Assembly (NCBI GenBank): GCA_040220235.1
Contig: JAVJTO010000149.1
Source: Coleofasciculus sp. B1-GNL1-01
GTDB taxonomy: Bacteria; Cyanobacteriota; Cyanobacteriia; Cyanobacteriales; Coleofasciculaceae
DNA length: 37,797 nt
Reading direction: 5' to 3' (one strand)
The position numbers and the translations under genes were made by a program. The notes beneath the pieces were generated by a model. It did no database searches. It worked only from the letters and a program-made list of their open reading frames with translations, and had not been told where the DNA came from. Shown here piece by piece: positions 10,805 through 20,600 of the stretch; position 1 is the first letter of the stretch; every line of letters begins with the position of its first letter.

Positions 10805-12268
10805 ATGAAAGTTACTCAGGAAAAACTCCCCAAGAGCCAACTCGGTCTGGAAATTGAAATTCCTGCCGAAACGACCAAGAAGGTCTACGAGAAGGTCGTG
10901 CAAAATCTTGCCCGCTCTGCCAACATTCCTGGGTTTCGCAAGGGAAAGGTGCCGCGTCAAATTTTGCTCCAGCGTCTGGGTCCTGGACGGATCAAAGAAG
11001 CGGCGCTGGAAGATTTGGTACAAAACAGTTTACGGGACGCCCTAAGCCAAGAAACCATTGAGGCACTGGGCAACTACCAGCTAGTTTCCACCTTTGAAGA
11101 ACTACTGAGTCAGTTCCAGCCGGGACAACCGTTAACCTTCTCGGCATCGGTGGATGTACCACCAGACATCAATTTGGGAGACTACGGGAATCTCAGTGTT
11201 CAAGCTGAAGAAGTAAAACCCGATCCTGACGCGGTGGATAATTTCTTAGCAGAACGTCAGGTTCAGCACGCCACGCTGATTCCCGTTGAATCGCGCCCCG
11301 CTCAAATGGGTGATGTGACGGTTGTGGATTATAAAGGTCGTTTGACACCTGAGGGAGAGGAAGCCGTTGATATTTCTGGCGGTGAGGCGACTGACTTTCA
11401 GCTAGAACTCGAAGAAGGACGATTTCTGGCTGACATTGTTCAAGGAATTGTGGGGATGACACCGGGGGAAACCAAAGAGATTCCGGTGACATTTCCGGAG
11501 GATTATCCGCGAGAGGATTTAGCCAACCAGAGTGCTGTCTTTACCCTTACCCTCAAAGAACTCAAGGAAAAAGAGTTACCGGAACTCGATGACGACTTCG
11601 CCCAAGACATTAGCGAAGAGGAAACTATAACCGAGTTGCGCGAATCCTTAGCCAAACAATTTGCCGAAAAAGCCGAGCAAGAAACCAAAACGAATAAGGA
11701 AAACGCTCTGATCGAAGCGCTGGTGGCACAAGTTGAGATTGACCTACCCGAAACCATGATTGAGCGGGAAGTTCAGACGATCTTAACCCAGACGGCGATC
11801 CAGATGGAAAACTATGGGATGGATCTGCAGAAAGTATTCACAGCAGAAATGATGCCCCAACTGCGTCAGCGTTCCCGCCCTGATGCGATCGCCCGCCTGC
11901 GCCAATCCCTTGCCCTTGAGGAACTGGCGAAACGGGAATCCCTGACTGTGGATGATGAACAGATGGATGCCAAATGTCAGGAAGTGATGAAACAATTGGC
12001 AGGGCAAGATGTCGATCCACAACGCTTACGGGAGTTCGTCAAGTCGGATTTGCTCAAAGAGAAAGCGATTCAATGGTTGGAAGAACACGCTACCATTGAA
12101 CTGGTTCCGGAAGGCTCACTAGAGACCGAAGAAACAACGGATACACCGGAAACTGGCTCTGAGGCAAGTGAAGAGACCGCCGCTCAACCTGAAGCCACGG
12201 CTGATCAGGAAAGCGAGGAACCATCACCCACCCCTGATGCTTCTGAGCAAACGGCAGCGAGCGAATAA
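10805..12268 (+). CDS. tig: Trigger factor
   Basis: MKVTQEKL start, IPGFRKGKVP ribosome-binding motif, FKBP-like domain, acidic tail. Confidence 0.96.
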   Translation: MKVTQEKLPKSQLGLEIEIPAETTKKVYEKVVQNLARSANIPGFRKGKVPRQILLQRLGPGRIKEAALEDLVQNSLRDALSQETIEALGNYQLVSTFEELLSQFQPGQPLTFSASVDVPPDINLGDYGNLSVQAEEVKPDPDAVDNFLAERQVQHATLIPVESRPAQMGDVTVVDYKGRLTPEGEEAVDISGGEATDFQLELEEGRFLADIVQGIVGMTPGETKEIPVTFPEDYPREDLANQSAVFTLTLKELKEKELPELDDDFAQDISEEETITELRESLAKQFAEKAEQETKTNKENALIEALVAQVEIDLPETMIEREVQTILTQTAIQMENYGMDLQKVFTAEMMPQLRQRSRPDAIARLRQSLALEELAKRESLTVDDEQMDAKCQEVMKQLAGQDVDPQRLREFVKSDLLKEKAIQWLEEHATIELVPEGSLETEETTDTPETGSEASEETAAQPEATADQESEEPSPTPDASEQTAASE

Positions 12269-12487
12269 ACTTAGGGGTTGGGGAGTTAACCCAGAACAAG
12301 CAGGAGCGATCAGTCTTGGGCAAAAGATTTAATCGCCATCTTCAGCACTTATTGATGTTGCTAAGGCATAATGGTAACTAGAAGTTAACGTGGGTAACTC
12401 CCGCCCAAGGCTTCCGGAGAACATCTGTGTTCAAACCTGCCGGGAAAACCATTCACTTGTTGACACAAATACTTTAATCCTTGTTCT

Positions 12488-13213
12488 ATGCTGCAATCCC
12501 AGTTCCCTGACTACTCATTTACAAGCTGGAGTTCCCCGGAAATTTACTCTGTTAGTACAAATAGTCATTCAAATTCAAGCAACATCGTCCCGATGGTGGT
12601 TGAACAGTCTGGCGTAGGGGAACGGGCGTTTGATATCTACTCGCGGCTGCTGCGGGAGCGGATTGTTTTTCTGGGAACAAGAATCAATGATGTAGTGGCT
12701 GACTCGATCATTGCCCAGCTTTTGTATTTAGAAGCCGAAGATCCCACCAAGGATATCCAGCTTTACATTCACTCCCCCGGTGGACCGATTCTTGGACTTG
12801 GGGGAGTGATTGCGGGAATGGCGATCTACGACACGATGCAACAGATTCGCCCCGATATTGTCACCATCTGTTTTGGTGCGGCGACGGATATGGGCGTGAT
12901 TCTACTAACCGGGGGAACCCCTGGAAAACGCATGTCCCTGCCCAATGCCCGGATTATGATGAGTCAACCCCTAGGCGGTGCCCAAGGACAAGCCGTTGAC
13001 ATCGAAATCCAAGCCAAGGAAATTTTATATCATAAAAATCAGCTCAATGAGCTAATGGCGTATCATACGGGTCAACCTTATGAAAGAATCGCCACGGATA
13101 CTGAGCGCGACTTTTTTCTGTCAGCAGCGGAAGCCAAAGAGTATGGTTTAGTAGACCAAGTTATCTCGCGAGAAAATCTCAAGAGCGAAGCCACCGTCAC
13201 TTCTATTAAGTAA
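12488..13213 (+). CDS. clpP: ClpP-family proteolytic subunit at the ClpP2 position, with catalytic Ser and His substituted
   Basis: [30 protein letters not shown] and location between tig and clpX; AATDMG replaces canonical AASMG and MMSQP replaces MIHQP. Confidence 0.9.
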   Translation: MLQSQFPDYSFTSWSSPEIYSVSTNSHSNSSNIVPMVVEQSGVGERAFDIYSRLLRERIVFLGTRINDVVADSIIAQLLYLEAEDPTKDIQLYIHSPGGPILGLGGVIAGMAIYDTMQQIRPDIVTICFGAATDMGVILLTGGTPGKRMSLPNARIMMSQPLGGAQGQAVDIEIQAKEILYHKNQLNELMAYHTGQPYERIATDTERDFFLSAAEAKEYGLVDQVISRENLKSEATVTSIK

Positions 13214-13223
13214 GAGGCTCCTT

Positions 13224-14564
13224 ATGTCTAAATACGACTCCCATCTAAAATGTTCATTTTGTGGCAAGTCTCAAGAGCAGGTTCGCAAGCTAATTGCGGG
13301 ACCGGGAGTCTACATTTGCGACGAATGTGTAGATTTATGTAACGAAATTTTAGATGAGGAGTTGCTTGATTCCAGCGCTCCGGCTCCCCAGCAAGTCCCC
13401 CGCTCGGAACCCCCACAAAAACGTCGCACTCGGGCATCCGGTTTGTCACTGAATCAGATTCCTAAACCTCGGGAACTGAAAAACTATCTTGACGAACATG
13501 TCATCGGTCAGGACGATGCGAAAAAAGTTCTGTCCGTGGCTGTTTATAACCACTATAAGCGCCTAAGTTTTCTTGAAGCCAAGGCAAAGGGCAAAGCTGG
13601 AGCAGATGATGCGGTGGAACTGCAAAAGTCGAATATTTTGCTCTTGGGACCCACAGGTTGTGGTAAAACCTTACTGGCGCAAACCTTAGCGGCTGTACTG
13701 GATGTCCCCTTTGCCGTTGCCGATGCGACAACGCTGACGGAAGCGGGTTATGTGGGTGAAGATGTTGAGAACATCTTACTGCGGCTGTTGCAGGTAGCAG
13801 ATTTGGATGTTGAAGAAGCGCAACGGGGAATTATTTATATCGATGAAATTGATAAAATTGCCCGTAAGAGCGAAAATCCTTCGATTACGCGGGATGTTTC
13901 TGGGGAAGGGGTTCAGCAAGCGTTACTGAAAATGCTTGAGGGAACCGTTGCCAATGTGCCACCTCAGGGCGGACGCAAGCATCCCTATCAAGACTGCATT
14001 CAGATTGATACAGGCAATATATTATTCATTTGTGGTGGTGCCTTTGTCGGTTTAGAGAAGGTGATTGAACAGCGTTTTGGTAAGCGCTCAATCGGCTTTA
14101 TTCAGCCGGGAGAAGGTCAATCTAAAGAAAAACGGGCGGCGGATTTACTGCGACATTTAGAACCCGATGACTTGGTGAAGTTCGGGATGATTCCGGAATT
14201 TATCGGTCGTATCCCCATCGCGGCGGTGGTTGATCCCTTGGATGAAGACGCTCTGATCGCGATTTTGACCCAGCCGCGCAATGCTTTGGTGAAGCAATAT
14301 CAGAAGTTGTTGAAGATGGACAATGTGCAGCTTGGGTTTACCGAAGACTCGCTGCGAGCTATTGCCCAGGAAGCTTATCGGCGGAAAACAGGAGCGCGAG
14401 CGCTGCGGGGTATTGTGGAAGAGTTGATGCTAGAGGTGATGTATGAATTACCCTCACGCAAGGATGTGACTCGCTGTACGATTACGCGGGAAATGGTAGA
14501 GAAACGTTCGACAGCCGAACTGCTGCTGCATCCGTCATCCCTACCGAAGCCAGAATCGGCATAA
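13224..14564 (+). CDS. clpX: ATP-dependent Clp protease ATP-binding subunit ClpX
   Basis: CSFCGK zinc finger, GPTGCGKT Walker A, IDEIDK Walker B, RKHP and IGF loops. Confidence 0.98.
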   Translation: MSKYDSHLKCSFCGKSQEQVRKLIAGPGVYICDECVDLCNEILDEELLDSSAPAPQQVPRSEPPQKRRTRASGLSLNQIPKPRELKNYLDEHVIGQDDAKKVLSVAVYNHYKRLSFLEAKAKGKAGADDAVELQKSNILLLGPTGCGKTLLAQTLAAVLDVPFAVADATTLTEAGYVGEDVENILLRLLQVADLDVEEAQRGIIYIDEIDKIARKSENPSITRDVSGEGVQQALLKMLEGTVANVPPQGGRKHPYQDCIQIDTGNILFICGGAFVGLEKVIEQRFGKRSIGFIQPGEGQSKEKRAADLLRHLEPDDLVKFGMIPEFIGRIPIAAVVDPLDEDALIAILTQPRNALVKQYQKLLKMDNVQLGFTEDSLRAIAQEAYRRKTGARALRGIVEELMLEVMYELPSRKDVTRCTITREMVEKRSTAELLLHPSSLPKPESA

Positions 14565-14599
14565 ACTTTTATTAGTGGTGGTATCAAAACGAATCAAGA

Positions 14600-15433
14600 A
14601 TGCCTCTAGTTAACGTTCGCGGCGTTGATCATTACTACGAGTGGATTGCTACGTCCCAGCCGTTGGATGATAAGCCTGTGATGGTGTTCATTCATGGTTG
14701 GGGCGGTTCGGCTCGATATTGGCAAAGTACGGCTGAAGCGCTGTCGGATCAGTTTAATTGTTTGCTTTACGATTTGCGCGGATTTGGGCGATCGCGTCTG
14801 CCTTCAGAATCGGTTGGGTTACTCTATGAAATGGAGGACTATGCCGAAGATTTGGCGATACTGTTAGAGATGCTCGCCCTCAAGCGCGTCTATATTAATG
14901 CTCATTCCCTGGGTGCGTCGGTGGCGACAATGTTCCTCAACCGCTATCCGGATCAAGTGGAACGGGCAATTTTAACTTGTAGCGGTATTTTTGAATATGA
15001 GGAAAAATCCTTTGCCGCGTTTCATAAGTTTGGCGGTTATGTGGTAAAGTACCGCCCCCGCTGGTTTCTGAACATTCCCTTTGCTGGGGCGTTGTTTATG
15101 GCGCGATTTTTACATCGTCCCCTACCGGGAACCATAAGTCGGGAATTTTTGGAAGATTTTATCATGGCGGATTATGATGCCGCCTTGGGGACGATGTTAA
15201 CGTCGGTGAGTAAGTATGCGGCGGAGGTAATGCCATCGGAATTTGCCCAGTTAACTGTACCGACGCTATTAGTGGCGGGGGAATATGATCAGATTATTCC
15301 ATCTGTTTTGGGACAACGGGCAGCCGCGTTGAGTGAGAAGGTGGAGTATTGGGAAATTCCCGATACGGCTCATTTCCCGATGTTGGAAGCCCCGGATGTT
15401 TATCTCCAAGGGGTGCGGCAATTTTTAACTTGA
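14600..15433 (+). CDS. Alpha/beta-fold hydrolase
   Basis: HGWGG, YDLRGFGRS, AHSLG nucleophile elbow, and AHFP catalytic His. Confidence 0.93.
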   Translation: MPLVNVRGVDHYYEWIATSQPLDDKPVMVFIHGWGGSARYWQSTAEALSDQFNCLLYDLRGFGRSRLPSESVGLLYEMEDYAEDLAILLEMLALKRVYINAHSLGASVATMFLNRYPDQVERAILTCSGIFEYEEKSFAAFHKFGGYVVKYRPRWFLNIPFAGALFMARFLHRPLPGTISREFLEDFIMADYDAALGTMLTSVSKYAAEVMPSEFAQLTVPTLLVAGEYDQIIPSVLGQRAAALSEKVEYWEIPDTAHFPMLEAPDVYLQGVRQFLT

Positions 15434-15527
15434 TATTTTATACAGGTTGCGCGATCGCGTAATTCACCAGGGCGATGAATTCTATCTCGATTGCATTTCA
15501 TCTTGTCTTTGACTCAATTCAATAAAT

Positions 15528-15552
15528 TGGGCGCATGTCGGTGCGCCCCTAC
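15528..15552 (-). repeat. GTAG-REP of a second class (GTAGGGGCGCACCGACATGCGCCC)
   Basis: GGGCGCA-TGTCGG-TGCGCCC followed by CTAC. Confidence 0.7.
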
Positions 15553-15587
15553 GGTTTCTGGATAGATGATTGTTGTCAGTAGAACCT

Positions 15588-15727
15588 GTAGGGTGCGTTA
15601 ACGAAGTAACGCACCGAACCAACCATCAGAACTCGTCGGGTACTTTAACGAAGTCAAGGCTTACCCAGACACACCAATGATAATGATGAGGTTAAAGGTG
15701 CGTTACGCTGTCGCTAACGCACCCTAC
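15588..15727. repeat. REPIN/BIME-like doublet of the RAYT-associated REP family
   Basis: Forward GTAGGGTGCGTTAACGAAGTAACGCACC, one degenerate GTCG unit, then inverted GGTGCGTTACGCTGTCGCTAACGCACCCTAC; same layout as the arrays flanking the RAYT. Confidence 0.9.
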
Positions 15728-15890
15728 GAACTGTCATGCATTTAAATTGGGTATTAGTAGCGAGCAAGATGCAAAGCCTGCGGCATGGCTTCGCTAAACG
15801 CACTACAAGGATTTCGTCATTATTGACATTAAGGTTTAAATGCCGAACAGCTTATCCCTGACTTCTTCAAGAAGTCGGGGATCTCATTAT

Positions 15891-16496
15891 TCAAGCCGAT
15901 GGCGATTTAAGGGCGTTGCGAAACTTTTTCGCTGCCTCCAACCGAGAAGTCTGAGCCATCAACACGCAACGGGTGAGCAGGTCAATACTCAGTGTTGCCA
16001 GTTCGGGAATTTCGCTGCGGATAATTTTGTCGTAATGATTATCTCGTAGGCGATAGAGGCTGAATAAACCGTCTTGCCAAAACCAGACTTCTGGCACTCC
16101 TAATGCCTGATATCGCTTCAGTTTGCTAGTGTCACCACTGGTGACTACAACTTCGATAACCAGATCAGGAATGGATTTGGATGAACCAAAACAGTAAGAT
16201 TCATCGGCTTGAGCAGAAACGACTCCCTCTCGCTCTTGAGTCATGGAACCCGTGGGTTCAAATTCAATGGCGTTTTCTAGGCAAAATAACCCAATTAAAA
16301 AGCCAATGAGCCGACTAAACATTTCATGTTCGCGTCCCGGCATAATAATTTCAATAGTGCTGTTATAGTAAGCCAGTCGAATACCCGGAGAGTTGGCAAA
16401 ACCAGCCTGAATTAGCTTAAATTGTTCCCAGGTAATGCTGGAATACACAATACGTTGATCGGTGGAAGGTGGAGTGAGAAGGGGAACTTGGGTCAT
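15891..16496 (-). CDS. Uma2 (DUF820) family PD-(D/E)XK endonuclease-like protein
   Basis: ITWEQF, IEIIMPGREHE, QADESYC, PDLVIEVVVTS and YQALGVPEVWFW; probable start MTQVPLL at 16496. Confidence 0.92.
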   Translation of the reverse strand: MTQVPLLTPPSTDQRIVYSSITWEQFKLIQAGFANSPGIRLAYYNSTIEIIMPGREHEMFSRLIGFLIGLFCLENAIEFEPTGSMTQEREGVVSAQADESYCFGSSKSIPDLVIEVVVTSGDTSKLKRYQALGVPEVWFWQDGLFSLYRLRDNHYDKIIRSEIPELATLSIDLLTRCVLMAQTSRLEAAKKFRNALKSPSA

Positions 16497-16595
16497 AGAC
16501 GTACTATCACCGGGCGAACATTGTATTATTTTATGATAACGAAGCAAGGGTGTTGGACTGGAATAGAAACGTGCGATCGCACTACAGCACAACTC

Positions 16596-16994
16596 GTAGA
16601 ACCTGTAGGGTGCGTTAACGAAGTAATGCACCGAACCAACCATCTGGGTGATTCCAGAGGTGGCTTTAGCGATGAGCGATCGCGTCACGTCTTTGCTCTC
16701 TACTCCTGACCAGAATACCTCTGGAACCTCTCCCGATCAACTGATTCCTGAAGATAGTAACCCCCTTTGATCACGGCGATTAAAATCGCGGAACCACACC
16801 AAACAAAGTCAGCCGACGCGGACTTTAGTCAGTAGAACCTGTAGGGTGCGTTAACGAAGTAACGCACCGAACCAACCATCTGGGTGATTCCAGAGGTGGC
16901 TTTAGCGATGAGCGATCGCGTCATGTCTTTTCACTCTACTCCTGACCAGAATACCTCTGGAACCTCTCCCGATCAACTGATTCCTGAAGATAGT
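16596..16994 (+). repeat. Two direct copies of a 163-bp REP-headed unit (16596-16758 and 16832-16994)
   Basis: Near-identical sequence beginning GTAGAACCTGTAGGGTGCGTTAACGAAG, period 236 bp. Confidence 0.9.
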
Positions 16995-17096
16995 CACACC
17001 GAGATTCATGATGAAATCCACAACACTCAGGATATCGAGATGAAAATGCTCAGATTTAGTTAACAATTGATGCACCTTCATACAGGTTAAGTCATC

Positions 17097-17395
17097 CCAT
17101 AACTCGCCCACCACACATAATCACTCGCTGACGACACATAGAAACTTATTGACCACACTCAAATACTCGTTAACCACACATAATCACTCGCTGACGACAC
17201 ATAGAAACTCTTTGACCACACATAATTACTTGTTAACCACACTCAAATACTCGCTAACAAATATCAAAGACTCATTGACGAGAATCAAAGACTCGCTACC
17301 CACACATAAAGACTCGTGGACGAGTATCCAAGCTTGGTTAATCAGGCTCAAAGCTTCGTTGATGAGTGTCAAAGCTTGGTTGATGAGTGTCAGAC
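17097..17395. repeat. Degenerate 21-bp tandem repeat array (heptad-coding ORF 17149-17466 of doubtful status)
   Basis: Units such as ACCACACATAATCACTCGCTG / ACGACACATAGAAACTTATTG / ACCACACTCAAATACTCGTTA, about 14 units. Confidence 0.75.
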
Positions 17396-17568
17396 TCAGC
17401 CAACCTGAGCAAAAACCCTGGAACGAGAGGGTTAGTTCACAGAATTTGGACTTCAGCGAGGAGTGAGAGAATTGATTAGCCTGTCAGAGGAGGTTAGGGA
17501 GGGAGTGCTTGAGTGATAAATCTTGAAACGCTTATCCTAGAATTTACGCAAAGCTTCTATCTGTAACT

Positions 17569-17598
17569 GTAGGGTGCGTTAGCGTAGCGTAACGCACC
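17569..17598 (+). repeat. Solo REP, left border of the NLR-caspase island
   Basis: GTAG-GGTGCGTTA-GCGTAGCG-TAACGCACC. Confidence 0.9.
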
Positions 17599-17655
17599 AT
17601 TGCCACCATATATGATGTACTGCGTAAGTCTTGCCAGTCACTCCTATCAACGCCA

Positions 17656-20600
17656 TCAGGGAGAATGGCGTAATCTATAATGCAGGAGTTGCAGATTATT
17701 ACGGTAAAGAATAGTATTGGGATGATTAGAGCCTAACGTGCGATCGGCAATGGCTAAAGCGTCTAGATAAAGCGGTTCAGCTTCCTGGTAGCGTCCTTGA
17801 AAAAAGTAGAGTCCTGCTAAATTATCTAGGCTTTGTGCGACATCGGCATGATTGTCTCCTAGCAGGTGTTTTCTCAGTGCTAAAGCCTCTAGATAAAGCG
17901 GTTCCGTTTCCTGGTAGCGTCCTTGAGATTTGTAGAGTAATGCTAAATTATTTAGGCTAGTAACAACATAGGGATGATTGTCTCCTAGCAAACGTTTGTA
18001 CAGTGCTAAGGCGTCTAGAAAAAGCGGTTCAGCTTCCTGGTAGCGTCCTTGAGATTTGTAGAGTAATGCTAAATTATTTAGGCTAGTAGCGACAGAGGGA
18101 TGACTTGCTCCCAGCAGGCGTTTGTACAGTGCTAAGGCTTCTAGATAAAAAGGTTCAGCTTCCTCGTAGCGTCCTTGAAAACGGTATAATTCTGCTAAAT
18201 TATTCAGGCTAGTAGCAACATCAGGATGATTTTCTCCCAGCAGGCGTTTTTTCAGTTTTAAGGTGTCTAGATAAAGAGGTTCAGCTTCCTGGTAGCGTCC
18301 TTGAGATTTGTAGAGTTCTGCTAAATTATTCAGGCTAGTCGCAACATCAGGATGACTTTCTCCTAGCAGGTGTTTTCTCAGTACTAAAGCATCTAGATAA
18401 AGAGGTTCAGCTTCTTCGTAGCGTCCTTGAGATTTGTAGAGTTGTGCTAAACAACTCAGGCTAGTAGCAACATAGAGATGATTGTCTCCCAGCAGGCGTT
18501 TGTACAGCGCTAAAGCGTCTAGATAAAGAGGTTCAGCTTCCTCGTAGCGTCCTTGAGAATCGTAGAGTAATGCTAAATTATGCAGGCTGGTAGCAACATC
18601 GGAATGACTTTCTCCCAGCAGGCGTTTTCTCAGTTTTAAGGTGTCTAGATAAAGAGGTTCAGCTTCCTGGTAGCGTCCTTGAGATTTGTAGAGTTCTGCT
18701 AAATTATTCAGGCTAGTAGCAACATCAGGATGACTTTCTCCTAGTAGGTGTTTTCTCAGTGCTAAAGCATCTAGATAAAGAGGTTCAGCTTCTTCGTAGC
18801 GTCCTTGAGATTTGTAGAGTTGTGCTAAACAACTCAGGCTAGTAGCAACATAGAGATGATTGTCTCCCAGCAGGCGTTTGTACCGCGCTAAAGCCTCTAG
18901 ATAAAGAGGTTCAGCTTCCTGGTAGCGTCCTTGAAAACGGTATAATTCTGCTAAATTATTCAGGCTAGTCGCAACATCGGAATGATTGTCTCCCAGCAGG
19001 CGTTTTCTCAGTTTTAAGGTGTCTAGATAAAGAGGTTCAGCTTCCTGGTAGCGTCCTTGAAATTTGTAGAGTTGTGCTAAATTATTCAGGCTAGTCGCAA
19101 CATCAGGATGACTTTCTCCTAGCAGGTGTTTTCTCAGTGCTAAAGCATCTAGATAAAGAGGTTCAGCTTCCTCGTAGCGTCCTTGAGATTTGTAGAGTTG
19201 TGCTAAACAACTCAGGCTAGTAGCAACATAGAGATGATTGTCTCCCAGCAGGCGTTTGTACCGCGCTAAAGCCTCTAGATAAAGAGGTTCAGCTTCCTCG
19301 TAGCGTCCTTGAGAAGAGTAGAGTTGTGCTAAATTATTCAAGCTAGCAGCAACATGGGGATGATTTTCTCCCAGCAGGCGTTTGCACAGGGCTAAAGTTT
19401 CTAGATAAAGCGGTTCAGCTTCCTCGTAGCGTCCTTGAGAAGAGTAGAGTCCTGCTAAATTATTCAGGCTAATAGCAACATGGGGATGATTTTCTCGCAG
19501 CAGACGTTTGTACAGCGCTAAAGCCTCTAGATAAACAGGTTCAGCTTCCTCGTAGCGTCCTTGAGAAGAGTAGAGTTTTGCTAAATTATTCAAGCTAGTA
19601 GCAACATTGGGATGATTGTCTCCCAGCAGGCGTTTGTACAGCGCTAAAGCCTCTAGATAAACAGGTTCAGCTTCCTCGTAGCGTCCTTGAGAACGGTAGA
19701 GTTCTGCTAAACCACTCAGGCTAGTAGCAACATCGGGATGATTTTCTCCCAGCAGGCGTTTTGTCAGTGCTAAAGCCTCTAGATAAAGAGGTTCTGCTTC
19801 CTGGTAACGTCCTTGATAATGGTAGAGTTTTGCTAAATTATTCAAGCTAGCAGCAACATTGGGATGATTGTCTCCCAGCAGACGTTTTCTCAGGGCTAAA
19901 GCGTCTAGATAAAGAGGTTCTGCTTCCTGGTAGCGTCCTTGATAATAGTAGAGTTCTGCTAAATCATTCAGACTAATAGCAACATGGGGATGATTGTCTC
20001 CCAGCAGTCGTTTTCTCAGCACTAAAGCCTCTAAATAAACAGGTTCAGCTTCCTGGTAGCGTCCTTGAGATTCGTAGAGTCCGGCTAAATTATTCAGGCT
20101 AGTAGCAACATAGGGATGATTTTCTCCCAGCAGGCGTTTGAATAGTGCTAAACTCTCTAGATAAAAAGGTTCAGCTTCCTCGTAGCGTCCTTGAAAAAGG
20201 TATAGTTGTGCTAAATCATTCAAGCTAGTAGCAACATTGGGATGACTTTCTCCCAGCAGACATTTTCTCAGTGCTAAAGCCTCTAGATAAAGAGGTTCAG
20301 CTTCCTGGTAGCGTCCTTGATCATTGTAGAGTCCTGCTAAATTATTCAGGCTAGTAGCAACATCGGGATGATTTTCTCCCAGCCGACGTTTGTACAGCGC
20401 TAAAGCCTTTAGATAAAGCGGTTCAGCTTCCTGGTAGCGTCCTTGAGATTTGTAGAGTCCGGCTAAATTATTCAGGCTATTAGCAACATAGGGATGATTG
20501 TCTCCCAGCCGACGTTTTCTCAGTGCTAAAGCATCTAGATAAAGAGGTTCAGCTTCCTCGTAGCATCCTTGAAAAAGGTAGAGTTGTGCTAAATCATTCA

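Noticed and set aside
16497..16688. N-terminal extension of the Uma2 ORF in the track
   Set aside because: It is read-through of REP and duplicated non-coding DNA; family similarity begins near MTQVPLL.
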